Shown here one piece after another: positions 18,674 through 28,094 of a stretch of DNA of 57,117 bases. Made by a program: the position numbers and the translations under genes. Position 1 is the stretch's first letter; each line of letters opens with the position of its first letter. The stretch covers positions 1 to 57,117 of the forward strand of contig JBFFBS010000001.1 in assembly GCA_041560295.1 (NCBI GenBank). Reading direction: 5' to 3'. The stretch comes from Syntrophobacteria bacterium. Its GTDB lineage: Bacteria; Desulfobacterota; Syntrophobacteria; BM002. Below the pieces are notes generated by a model that was not told where the DNA came from, searched no databases, and saw nothing but the letters and a program-made list of their open reading frames with translations.

Positions 18674-19999
18674 TTACCTAACAGAAATCGCCAGGGTTGC
18701 ATGGGAACCTTGTTTAGATTGAGTCTGGGCAAGTTCTTCCTCCAGAGAAGCAACTCGCTTCTTGAAATCTGACAGATAGTTTGGAGGAACTGGCCGGGCA
18801 GCCGGCAGTCGATTCTTGAGTGGATTGACAAAGCGGCCATCTTTTTTCATACGAAAGTCAAGATGAGGACCTGAGGCTAACCCGCTCGCACCCACATAGC
18901 CAATGACCTGTCCCTGTTTTACGTTCGATCCCACTTTTATCTTCGAAGCATAGCGATATAAATGCCCATAGCTGGTGATGTAACGACTATTATGCCGTAT
19001 GGCGATGAAACGACCATACCCGTTTTTCCACCGTCTGGAGATTACCCGCCCGTCCCCCACGGCCACAACAGGTGTTCCTGTGGGCGCGGCGTAATCAATG
19101 CCAGGATGAGGCCGGTAGATTTTCAATATGGGATGTAACCTGCGCTTTGAAAAGCCGGAGCTGATACGCGCGTAACGCAGCGGGGACTTAAGAAACACTT
19201 TGCGCAGGGAATTCCCCTGGTCGTCGTAGTAATCGGCTCTCTTGCCGGGAGCTTGATAATAATAAGCCCGGTGTTGGGTTGAGCCGTTGTGGAAGTGGGC
19301 CGCAACAACGCGACCGTTGCCAACGAGCTTGCCGTCTCTGAAATGCTGGTCATACAAAAATGCATAGTGGTCTCCAGCTCGAAGATCCACGAAAAAATCA
19401 ATATCCCAGGCGAAAATATCAACAAGTGCCCAAGCCAGCTCAAAGTCAATATTTTCATCTACCGCACTCTGGTAGAGGGAGTCTTTGATGGCACCGCGCG
19501 CCAGTGCAGAGGTGACAACCACTGGTTTGGCGTATCTGCTGGTCGTCCAACCCTGTTCCGTTCGGGTGCTTGCCAACACTTGTCCCTGTACATTCTGATA
19601 GCGAACCTTTTCTAATCGTTGAGAGTCACGTGCAAATATAAGCTCCAGAATTTCTCCGGGTCGCAGCTTTTGTAACTCCGGCAGGGACCTCCAGGCCGCA
19701 ATCAGCCCGCCAACCTCCTGGACCTTGACACCGTAGTTTACCAATACCTGATAGAGGTTATCGCCCAGTTCTATGGTATGCACAGTACCATGGACGGACT
19801 GGCGATAGTTCTTCTTCTCGGCAAATCTGTCTACATAGAAGGTGGTGGGTGAATTCGTTTGGGAAGGCTGCTGTCGTGACTTCAGACTAACGACGAGTAT
19901 TACCGGTGCGGCCAACAACAGGGTCAACACGATGAACAGTCGTATTCTAACCCTCCGTTTGCCCTGCACATAAACGTTCTGCCGTTTGCGCCGCCGCAT
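18674..19999 (-). CDS. M23 family metallopeptidase
   Basis: Contains HPGIDYAAPTGTPVVAVGDGRV...YGHL...GASGLASGPHLDF, the HxxxD and HxH M23 motifs. The likely start is MRRRKRQ at 19999, followed by a TM segment. The track ORF extends to 20188 and crosses a hairpin repeat. Confidence 0.9.
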   Translation of the reverse strand: MRRRKRQNVYVQGKRRVRIRLFIVLTLLLAAPVILVVSLKSRQQPSQTNSPTTFYVDRFAEKKNYRQSVHGTVHTIELGDNLYQVLVNYGVKVQEVGGLIAAWRSLPELQKLRPGEILELIFARDSQRLEKVRYQNVQGQVLASTRTEQGWTTSRYAKPVVVTSALARGAIKDSLYQSAVDENIDFELAWALVDIFAWDIDFFVDLRAGDHYAFLYDQHFRDGKLVGNGRVVAAHFHNGSTQHRAYYYQAPGKRADYYDDQGNSLRKVFLKSPLRYARISSGFSKRRLHPILKIYRPHPGIDYAAPTGTPVVAVGDGRVISRRWKNGYGRFIAIRHNSRYITSYGHLYRYASKIKVGSNVKQGQVIGYVGASGLASGPHLDFRMKKDGRFVNPLKNRLPAARPVPPNYLSDFKKRVASLEEELAQTQSKQGSHATLAISVR

Positions 20000-20080
20000 G
20001 GTCACCAACTCATTCACGATCGAAAACTTAGTCGTTAGAGCCAAGTCAGAGTTCAATGGCTTTGCCGTCCCGAGAGGTAT

Positions 20081-20169
20081 GGCGTAAGGCAAAGGGCGCA
20101 AGGCATACGGAGAGGACGAGTTTGTTCTTATTGTTTTTACCTTGTGCCCTGTGCCTTGTGCCTTGAGCC
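20081..20169. repeat. Heptamer-arm hairpin (aaggcac family)
   Basis: Left arm ggcgtaaggcaaagggcgcaaggcatacgg; right arm ccttgtgccctgtgccttgtgccttgagcc. Confidence 0.8.
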
Positions 20170-20855
20170 TTCCCTCAGGGATGGACACTATCTATCACGG
20201 CCCCCGGGGCGTGTCAATGTAACCCGAGCCCGGAAAATTATGGTTAACCCGGATAATTCATGAACCGGGTTAGGTCCAAAAGTGGAAAAAAATTTCCCAC
20301 ACCAGCGAATTTTATTACTCAGCCGCTCGTCGCACCAGGCACGATTTGGTCAGTTGACTTGGAGTATTCCTTGAACATCTCGGGACCATCTTTGTGTTAC
20401 TGTGATCACATTGAGCCGATTCCAACACATTGGCTAACAGGAAAACTTGGGAATGAATGATATCTGGTGTTCAGAGGAAAAAAGTGGAAAAACTTTACAC
20501 ATTCCGGCCCATTTTGCCATTCCGCCAACCATCCCGGTTAAAGCCCTCCTATCAATTCCTGGCCGTCCCAACCCCTTTTAGGAAAGGGATAATCCACTAC
20601 ATTCTTTCCGTGACAAATCTCTAAAAAAAGTTGTAATTCCAGCTAGCTAGCCCAAAAAAGCTCGAAGTTTACCGTACCTCTTCGGCCGGGTTCGAGTCAC
20701 TTTGGGGAAATCCATGTCTTCATTCTGGGAGTTGCCCATTTGCCCACATACCATTTTGCCAGTTGGCCAGATGTGGCAATTTAGCCTCCTGCAGCCAAAA
20801 CAAGGCTGACCTCATAACCTTCTGATATTATTACATCTAACTGCCGTTAAACGGT

Positions 20856-20870
20856 TGGCACTAATCTTGC
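20856..20870 (+). promoter_or_regulatory. Sigma-54 type -24/-12 promoter
   Basis: TGGCAC-taatc-TTGC is an exact consensus with correct GG-to-GC spacing. It lies 65 nt upstream of the ATG at 20935. Confidence 0.7.
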
Positions 20871-20934
20871 GAACTCGGGCATACATTGAAATTTCTCTAT
20901 GCGATGGGGTGGATCACAACCAGGGGGATATGTA

Positions 20935-23370
20935 ATGGGACCCAGGAACAGACTCTTCTTACTTGCACTGATCATCTTCTTATTGTTTGGCACCGTGCCA
21001 GCTGTGCATGCTCAACCTGATTGCACTCCTATCATTGCTGGCACCAGTATTGACAAGCCTCAACCGGTCTCCTGTGATGTTGCACCAATTTGTTACAGCA
21101 GCGAGATCACACATCCTGACAAAGTCTATTATTACTCCATTGATGGTCTTGTGGCCGGTCAAATTTTGACCATCGATGTCGATACTGATGGTCTTTCATC
21201 CTCCCTTGATTCCGTATTGGAACTTTTCGATAGCGACGGGAATTGGCTCGATGTCAGTTATGATGACCCAGCGCCAGGAGAAAAGGAATCTATTGTAGAC
21301 CCATACTTGGTATTTGCCGTCCCTGCCGACGGTGGTGGCACTTATAAATTTGGTATCAGTGCTGACGGTTCAGGAGCTCATACTGGTCCTTACACCTTTT
21401 TCCTTGAGTGTTCCGATCAGCCCACTCCTTCAGAGTTCAAATGGCCAGTTGTAGTTGGTGATTTGATAGGTGCCACTGGGTCCAACCCTGGTTCGCTTAT
21501 AAACATCGCCCCTGCGGATGCCGAAAGCTCTCTTCCTTTCCCCCTGGGTGTAGGCCCGATAGCAGATATAGAATACCAATTCATTACGCATAAGATCTTC
21601 GTTGCCATCAATGATACTTTAGGCAGCATTGTTGCCATAGATGCGGATTCAGTCGCTGCACCTCAGACCTTCAGCTTGAGTTCGGAGACAGGGGCGGAAG
21701 TTACCACGGTTGTTGCCCTCGAGGCCGCGGAGAATACGCTCTACGGAGTTCAGGCAGATCCTGCTCTTGAACAGTTCGATCTGGTCCAGGTCATTTTTGA
21801 TGATGCCGCCTTAACAGCCACGTTAACAACACCTGTTTTTTCATTTGGTACGCAGCCAGTATGGGCCCTCGCATATCATCAATCTGAAAAAATACTGTAC
21901 GGCGTTAGCGGCAGGGCTCTGCTCAAAATCAATCTGGCATTGCCCCCCTTTGGATTTGAAGAAATACCGCTAACTGGCTTATCCTCTGACATCGCTTCTA
22001 TGGACTTCAGTCATGAGGACATACTGTATGTTGTTGATGTCGAAGGAAATCTTTATGAGGTATTATCCCTCACTACCGGCGAAGTCAGGTTGATCAACCC
22101 CATAAATGCCACCGGTGGAGTTAGTAGCCTGACCTTTGGGGTTGGGGAACCCCCGAATGATGATCCAATAAAGACCATCTGTTCTTCAACATTTACCACT
22201 TCAGCATCTGCCAGCTCCGGAACTGCTGCCCCCAAACTCTCCAGATCCAAACTCAAGAGGAATCCCCTGCATCGTGCCGTCGGCCTCTTTAAGTTTCAGG
22301 GCATAGTTGGTGAAACGGTTACCCTGCACATAAAGGCAGAAGAGGAAGAGTCCGCAGAGGCTGTTGTTGAGGAATCTTCTGTGAACGAACTCGAGAATCC
22401 ATGGCTGAACTACTGGAAAGGCAAAGGGCGGGTGTTCCTGGGAATCCGAGATTCGATTCCTGGTCTTGACTTTCGGGCAAGAAAGAAAGACCAATTACCT
22501 TTCACTTTGTCGGCAACTTTGCCAGCGGACGGTACCTATTACGTCATGGTTATTCGACCCCTGCTCCGCTTCTACCAGACTGACTATTGCTTAACTTTGG
22601 AGTCAGACAATGAGAATAGTCAGGCCTGGGAAAGCTTTGATGTGGCCTGGCCTAGCGATGACTCAGGGGATGATAGCGCATCAACATCGGCTGAAGAGCC
22701 AAAAGATGTTCAGAATAATACTGAAACGCTGGCTGGCACATCTGCGGGCGACAGCCCAGTGCCAGTTGCTCTCAGCGCCACCGCTATTGCGCCCACCACT
22801 GTTCCCCCTGAGGAGCCTGTCGTTGAGACCCCCCCTGTAGAGGCAGCGCCTGTCGCTGACGGTGGTGATCCTAAAATCGTACAAAGCCTTGCCGAAACTC
22901 CTGTAGTCGAACCTGTTGCTGAAATTCCTGCAGTCGAGCCTGCTGCTGAAACTCCTGCAGTCGAGCCTGTTGCTGAAATCCCTGTACTCGAGCCTGTTGC
23001 CGAAATCCCTGTACTCGAGCCTGTTGCTGAAACTCCTGCAGTCGAACCTGTTGCTGAAACTCCTGTAGTCGAACCTGTTGCTGAAACTCCTGTAGTCGAG
23101 CTTGCTGCTGAAACTCCTGCAGTAGAGCCTGTTGCTGAAACTCCTGCAGTCGAGCCTGTTGCTGAAACTCCTGTAGTCGAAGCTGTGGCTGAAGCTCCTG
23201 TACTCGAGCCTGTTGCTGAAATCCCCGTGGTTACCGAGCCTGCTGCTGACGATGGCAGTGGAACCGAATCTGCTGATGACGGCACCAGTGATGAAGTCGG
23301 TGATGCCACACCGGTTGATGAGGAATACTCTGATGACCCTATGGAAGATTCACCCCCCATGAAGGGGTAG
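20935..23370 (+). CDS. Large secreted protein: signal peptide, two PPC-like jelly-roll segments, a repeat-containing middle region, and an acidic Pro/Glu/Val-rich 9-aa tandem-repeat tail
   Basis: The signal peptide is MGPRNRLFLLALIIFLLFGTVPAVHA-QP. The segments YYYSIDGLVAGQILTIDVDTDG...LELFDSDG and GTYYVMVIRP...YCLTLES resemble the pre-peptidase C-terminal domain. The C-terminus has 12-13 AETPAVEPV units. Confidence 0.75.
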   Translation: MGPRNRLFLLALIIFLLFGTVPAVHAQPDCTPIIAGTSIDKPQPVSCDVAPICYSSEITHPDKVYYYSIDGLVAGQILTIDVDTDGLSSSLDSVLELFDSDGNWLDVSYDDPAPGEKESIVDPYLVFAVPADGGGTYKFGISADGSGAHTGPYTFFLECSDQPTPSEFKWPVVVGDLIGATGSNPGSLINIAPADAESSLPFPLGVGPIADIEYQFITHKIFVAINDTLGSIVAIDADSVAAPQTFSLSSETGAEVTTVVALEAAENTLYGVQADPALEQFDLVQVIFDDAALTATLTTPVFSFGTQPVWALAYHQSEKILYGVSGRALLKINLALPPFGFEEIPLTGLSSDIASMDFSHEDILYVVDVEGNLYEVLSLTTGEVRLINPINATGGVSSLTFGVGEPPNDDPIKTICSSTFTTSASASSGTAAPKLSRSKLKRNPLHRAVGLFKFQGIVGETVTLHIKAEEEESAEAVVEESSVNELENPWLNYWKGKGRVFLGIRDSIPGLDFRARKKDQLPFTLSATLPADGTYYVMVIRPLLRFYQTDYCLTLESDNENSQAWESFDVAWPSDDSGDDSASTSAEEPKDVQNNTETLAGTSAGDSPVPVALSATAIAPTTVPPEEPVVETPPVEAAPVADGGDPKIVQSLAETPVVEPVAEIPAVEPAAETPAVEPVAEIPVLEPVAEIPVLEPVAETPAVEPVAETPVVEPVAETPVVELAAETPAVEPVAETPAVEPVAETPVVEAVAEAPVLEPVAEIPVVTEPAADDGSGTESADDGTSDEVGDATPVDEEYSDDPMEDSPPMKG
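22891..23235 (+). repeat. 27-bp in-frame tandem repeat array (about 12.8 units)
   Basis: The unit gctgaaactcctgcagtcgagcctgtt is repeated with point variants and encodes AE(T/I)P(A/V)(V/L)EP(V/A). Confidence 0.9.
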
Positions 23371-23445
23371 TCTTTCCTTTGTGAACCGCAGCTAATTCCT
23401 GTGGTTCGAAGTAAAATAGTGTAACCGCCCTGATAAAGGGCTGGT

Positions 23446-23517
23446 TCATCCCCCCCCTCACCCCAACCATTCGGCACAAGAAAGGCCGAAGCCCTCTCCT
23501 CCCCAGGAGGAGAGGGC
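23446..23517. repeat. GC-rich REP-like palindromic element
   Basis: catcccccccctcaccccaacc is followed by the hairpin gccctctcctcc-ccagg-aggagagggc. It is related in reverse complement to 50805..50845. Confidence 0.65.
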
Positions 23518-24019
23518 ACATTTTGTGGATACTCTTTTGAACATAACCAGTGACTCCAGTGCACCTATTGCCTTTCAAAGATAAATATCCCTGACCCTAG
23601 AACGCGCCCCACTGGAGAACATAGAAAGGCCAGCTGGCGGGTATTCTTAGATGCCTTTTCTTCTAATAATTTTAAACGTTTCGCTAGGTCGCATATTTTT
23701 TGTTCCAAGCTGCAGTTGAGCATAGATCTTGCATAAATCAAGCAGAAATAAATGCATACCGCCACCTCATTTATTAGGAATGATCGAATCAGAATAGGGC
23801 CATTTAAAACGTGGTGAAAGCAGCGAAGCTCAACCTAACAGTGACATCCAGATCTTTTTTCTGCCCCAGTTCAGCAAAAGGCAGAACGTGTCGATCCAGG
23901 ACATATTGTCTCCGGGTATGTTCTCATGATCCGGTCTTTCGAGACCATGCACATGAGAGCCCAAACAAGTTTTTTTCTCTCATGGCCATATCACTCATTA
24001 CTGAGGAGAGGGAAACCCC

Positions 24020-25849
24020 ATGAAAGTTCAACGGATCACCATTGCAATACTTGTCATCTTCTTAATCGGCATCGGTATCTTTGCCCAGACCCTGCACCAA
24101 CAGGAACAGCGGAGTAGAAGTCAAGACCTGCAGCACAGAGGAAATTACCTTGTCAGTCTGGTTGCGCTTCATCCGATGGAAAACTTTCTCGGCAGCAAGC
24201 GGGACTACATCGTCAAGACACTGGCTGAATACGTTACTTCAGATGGCTTGATCTATTGCATCGTCCAAGATCAAACTGGAAGTCCCCTCCTCTCCTTGGC
24301 ACACCGTGATGTTGTGGCCAAAATCCCCACTGAGGTGGAACAACGATCCCTGTATGTAAACGGGTTCATACAACAGACCTATAAGATGGTGGGAACGGAC
24401 CAGACCATAAGTGAATTTGCCAAACCCATTTTTGAAGGTGGACAGCGAAGTGGCACGGTGAGAATGGGTTTTGATCTCCCGCCCATATCAATGTTTTCTC
24501 TCGAGCGCATTAAGCTTATGGCCATAATGGCCTTTTTCGCATTTTCCATGGCGGTCCTGGTCTATTACGGGGTCACCCTGGCACTTCGACCTCTCCATGA
24601 AGTCAATCAAAACTTCAGAAACATCTGCATAGACTCAGTGCCTGTGTCTCCCGGTTCTTTCAGGAATGGCGGGGTTGGCGAAATCATAAAAGGCCTCGAG
24701 CAATCGGTGTTTCAACTCAAAGACAGATACGAGAAAATCCAGGCCGAAAATATCGATTTGACCACCAAATATGGTGTCATTTCATTCGAGAAACACAATG
24801 TCTTCAACATCCTGGATTCCATAAATTACGGGATCATTGTGACTGATATCCAGGATAATATAACTCACATCAACTCCTACATGCTGAATTTTCTCGACAA
24901 AAAACAGGATGAGGTGATCGATCACTCTTTAGGTGACGTACTCAGTCACGATCAAATAGAAGGATTTCTTTCACAGCAGGAGGCACTGAAGCAAAGTAGT
25001 GGCGCTCGTCATATTGAGGCCACATTTCCTGAACTTGCCTCTGGAGAGTCGTTTCTCGTCTCTTTGTCTTATTTGAGTGGGAGAGAGGAAGATGTCATTG
25101 GCAAGGTCATATCGTTTAAGAACATAACCAGTGAGAAATCAGCTGAAAATGCCAAGCATGAATTTATCACTCGTATCACTCACGAATTACTTACGCCCTT
25201 GACGACTATTAATTCATACAATGAGATGTTGATGGATGATGAAATAGACAACGTTGAGATGCAAAAGGAATTCTATAACACCATCAATGAAGAGACCAGT
25301 CGCTTGACGAGTCTCGTCAAGAACCTGCTCAACATTTCCAAGATTGAAATGGGCAGTCTAACCCTCCACAAAGGACTCGTCAAAAGTGATTGGCTTTTTG
25401 ACGATTGTCTGACCACCGTAGAGGGGACCGCCCAAAAGAAAAACATTACCATTGAAAGGAACGTGCCTGACAGCTTTCCAGCTCTATTCGCTGACAAAGA
25501 ACTCCTGAAGGTGGCAGTCATCAACATCCTGGGCAATGCAGTGAAATATACTCCTGAAAACGGGCACATTCAATTCATGCTCACCGAACAGGATGACTTC
25601 ATAATCTTCGAAGTCATCGACGATGGCTACGGCATTTCCAAGGAAGATCTCCCCCATATTTTCGACAAGTTCTATCGCTCGACAGATCCTCGTGTTACCG
25701 AACAGACCGGAAGTGGCCTGGGGCTTGCATTAACTTCGGAGATCGTTCGCCTCCACGGTGGAGAGATTGAGGTAAGCAGTAAGCCTGACGAGGGAAGTTA
25801 CTTCAAGATCAGGCTACCGAAGGAGGAATATTACCTTGGAAAACAATAA
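24020..25849 (+). CDS. Sensor histidine kinase (membrane-anchored, PAS-like, HisKA, HATPase_c)
   Basis: 609 aa with two TM segments, the H-box FITRITHELLTPLTTI, N-box NILGNAVKYTP, G1 DDGYGI and G2 GSGLGLAL. Confidence 0.92.
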   Translation: MKVQRITIAILVIFLIGIGIFAQTLHQQEQRSRSQDLQHRGNYLVSLVALHPMENFLGSKRDYIVKTLAEYVTSDGLIYCIVQDQTGSPLLSLAHRDVVAKIPTEVEQRSLYVNGFIQQTYKMVGTDQTISEFAKPIFEGGQRSGTVRMGFDLPPISMFSLERIKLMAIMAFFAFSMAVLVYYGVTLALRPLHEVNQNFRNICIDSVPVSPGSFRNGGVGEIIKGLEQSVFQLKDRYEKIQAENIDLTTKYGVISFEKHNVFNILDSINYGIIVTDIQDNITHINSYMLNFLDKKQDEVIDHSLGDVLSHDQIEGFLSQQEALKQSSGARHIEATFPELASGESFLVSLSYLSGREEDVIGKVISFKNITSEKSAENAKHEFITRITHELLTPLTTINSYNEMLMDDEIDNVEMQKEFYNTINEETSRLTSLVKNLLNISKIEMGSLTLHKGLVKSDWLFDDCLTTVEGTAQKKNITIERNVPDSFPALFADKELLKVAVINILGNAVKYTPENGHIQFMLTEQDDFIIFEVIDDGYGISKEDLPHIFDKFYRSTDPRVTEQTGSGLGLALTSEIVRLHGGEIEVSSKPDEGSYFKIRLPKEEYYLGKQ

Positions 25850-26213
25850 ACGGGTTCTGGTCATAGACGATGAAGCCCACATCAGGCGAGTGATCGAACT
25901 CAAATTCAAAAACCAGGGCTATCAAGTCATTACCGCCACAAATGGTGAGGAGGGGCTTGATCTCATCAAGAGCCAGCAACCAGATGTTGTTATCACCGAC
26001 ATCATGATGCCCAAGCTAGATGGCAAGGCTCTGTGTGAACGAGCAAACGAACTGAAGGAGAAAAGACCTTTTTTGACCATTGTCATGACATGTCGCATAT
26101 CTCCAACCGAGAAGGACTGGATAGAACAACTGACAGATACCGTATTTGTGGAAAAGCCTTTCAGCCTCCAGACAATTTTGAAATGCGTTGACCAATATTT
26201 TGGGGACCATTAA
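25836..26213 (+). CDS. Single-domain response regulator (CheY-like receiver)
   Basis: 125 aa with VLVIDDE...DVVITDIMMPKLDG...K and no output domain. The TTG start overlaps the kinase stop. Confidence 0.88.
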   Translation: MENNKRVLVIDDEAHIRRVIELKFKNQGYQVITATNGEEGLDLIKSQQPDVVITDIMMPKLDGKALCERANELKEKRPFLTIVMTCRISPTEKDWIEQLTDTVFVEKPFSLQTILKCVDQYFGDH

Positions 26214-26215
26214 CA

Positions 26216-27742
26216 ATGATAGATCTAGGCCAATCTAAGGAGTTTCTCTCGAGCCTGTCGAACGTCAGCCACCTGCATTTCCAGATTTGGGATGCCGATG
26301 AGGGATTGGTGTTTTCCTCAGGATCAGATAAGCCTGCTGAGCCAGCCTTTGAGGAACTCCAGGACTTTTCACTGCAGATTATAAGCAGCGGTGCATTCCA
26401 ACATATTCCACTTGAGTCCGGAGAAGGGCTGTTTGGTGTACCCCTCAGGAATGGGCAGGCAGTAGCCGGCTCCCTCATTGCCTTTGGTTCCAACTCTCAG
26501 CAAAAACCTCTGCTAGAAACCGCCAGGGCACCGCAACCGGGCCAGGCCGAAGAGATGGAGAAATTTCTCAGCCAGGTGGCGGAATTTGTGGAAGAAAAAC
26601 TAACCATCCAACAAGAGATGGAACAGATGGCGGAAGAGCTGACCGAGAACTTTGAACAGCTCTGTTTCTACTCCAAGATTGCCAGTCGAGTCAAAAGCAT
26701 AACGTTTTCGGGTGCCATGCTCCAAGAGCTCGTTGAAGAGCTTCTGGATACAATGCGCACCGACATGGCTTTTGCCAAACTGCCGGAGCGACCAGAATAC
26801 AACGCCCTGGTCTATACTCAGAAAATCCCTGAGAAGATCGGTGACTACGATGACTTCATCGATGTCCTCATAGACTCCATCCCGCTGGACTCACCTTCAT
26901 TAAAGGAAGACTACTTTATCGTTAACGATTCAAGGACAACCCCAGGATTCAGTGATCTTGCTCCGGATCCCTATCGTTTCCTCGCGGTAAAGATGAAACA
27001 CAACGGAAATTTCTACGGCTGGATGGGGCTGGTCTCATTCAATTTCAAAGAAATTTTCCGGCGAAGCGAACTTAGGCTGTTAGATTCGATGGCCGAGCAA
27101 ATCGCCGTGGTTATTACCAATTCAGATCTTTACCGTGACCTGGAACGGTTCGTCATCAACATGGTGAAATCACTGGTCTTCGCCATCGAGGCCAAGGACG
27201 ACTATACCCGTGGGCACTCTGAACGAGTTTGTCAGTATTCCCTCCTGATGGCAGACAGACTTGGTTTGGATGAAGAGCGGAAAAAAATACTCCAGTGGTC
27301 ATCTATTCTGCACGACAGTGGGAAAATTGGCATTCCCGAATCCATTTTGAATAAACCCTGGCGGTTGAAAGACGAGGAATATCAAATCATTAAGAACCAC
27401 CCCATAAAGGGCCACACCATCTTGGAACCCTTGGAGCAACTGGCAAGTTCACTTCCTGGCATGCTGCACCACCATGAGCGCTACGATGGTAAAGGGTACC
27501 CGCAGGGTTTAAAAGGCAAAAAAATTCCGCTGGAGGCCCGAATCATTGCCGTTGCCGACACCTTCGATGCCATCACTTCTAACCGGGCTTATCGCCCGGC
27601 AAAAGCTCCGGAAGAGGCCCTGGAAGAGATAGAAAAAGTGGCTGGAACCCAGTTGGATCCCGATTTGGTTAAAGTGTTCAAAGAGGTATTTACTCGAGAC
27701 CTTGTGCCGGAGCAGGGATGCAGCGTCGAAGAGCAAAGTTGA
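26216..27742 (+). CDS. HD-GYP domain protein (predicted c-di-GMP phosphodiesterase) with an N-terminal sensory/GAF-like region
   Basis: 508 aa with HSERV...LHDSGKIGIPESILNKP...HHERYDGKGYPQGL...DTFDAITSNRAYR. Confidence 0.9.
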   Translation: MIDLGQSKEFLSSLSNVSHLHFQIWDADEGLVFSSGSDKPAEPAFEELQDFSLQIISSGAFQHIPLESGEGLFGVPLRNGQAVAGSLIAFGSNSQQKPLLETARAPQPGQAEEMEKFLSQVAEFVEEKLTIQQEMEQMAEELTENFEQLCFYSKIASRVKSITFSGAMLQELVEELLDTMRTDMAFAKLPERPEYNALVYTQKIPEKIGDYDDFIDVLIDSIPLDSPSLKEDYFIVNDSRTTPGFSDLAPDPYRFLAVKMKHNGNFYGWMGLVSFNFKEIFRRSELRLLDSMAEQIAVVITNSDLYRDLERFVINMVKSLVFAIEAKDDYTRGHSERVCQYSLLMADRLGLDEERKKILQWSSILHDSGKIGIPESILNKPWRLKDEEYQIIKNHPIKGHTILEPLEQLASSLPGMLHHHERYDGKGYPQGLKGKKIPLEARIIAVADTFDAITSNRAYRPAKAPEEALEEIEKVAGTQLDPDLVKVFKEVFTRDLVPEQGCSVEEQS

Positions 27743-27746
27743 GAGC

Positions 27747-28094
27747 ATGACACCATCATCATCCGCAATTTCTATAGCGAAAGTCGGCACCAGGACGGTC
27801 CTTGCGCCCAGAGAGTCATTGACCTATGAAACCTGTGAAGAACTAGAAACCACCTTTGATGAGTGCCTCAATGACCAGAGGGCAGATATTATTTTGGACT
27901 GCAAGGATGTAACCTTCATGGACAGTGAAGCTCTTGAACTATTGGTACGAATGCATGATGAGCTAAGAAATCGCGGCAGCGTATTGAAAATAATTACCTT
28001 GAACGATGTCTGTCGCGACATATTTGTCGCAACCCGGCTCATACATTTGCATGTTTACGAAGATATCCACCAAGCCATCAGAAGTGAACGATGA
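27747..28094 (+). CDS. STAS domain protein (anti-sigma-factor-antagonist fold)
   Basis: About 115 aa with ILDCKDVTFMDSEALELLV...GSVLKIITLNDVCRDIF, a typical SpoIIAA/STAS pattern. Its stop overlaps the ATPase start (ATGA at 28091-28094). Confidence 0.8.
   Translation: MTPSSSAISIAKVGTRTVLAPRESLTYETCEELETTFDECLNDQRADIILDCKDVTFMDSEALELLVRMHDELRNRGSVLKIITLNDVCRDIFVATRLIHLHVYEDIHQAIRSER

Noticed and set aside
18674-20188. Long N-terminal extensions in the ORF track (M23 peptidase to 20188, tadA to 5454, DUF1786-like from 44851, PilW from 55218, NHL protein from 33382, ybaB to 2592)
   Set aside because: Except for ybaB, each extension is encoded by heptamer-repeat or simple-repeat sequence upstream of an internal ATG. 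That ATG has a better context (ribosome-binding site, signal peptide or prepilin motif), so shorter starts were preferred. For ybaB the extension is not repeat-encoded; the internal ATG at 2571 was chosen because GAGGAGG precedes it.
22710-23564. 284-aa minus-strand ORF rich in STGVSATG repeats
   Set aside because: It is the antisense reading of the 27-bp tandem array in the secreted-protein gene. Open frames on the opposite strand of perfect in-frame repeats are expected artefacts. It has no signal, start context or independent support.
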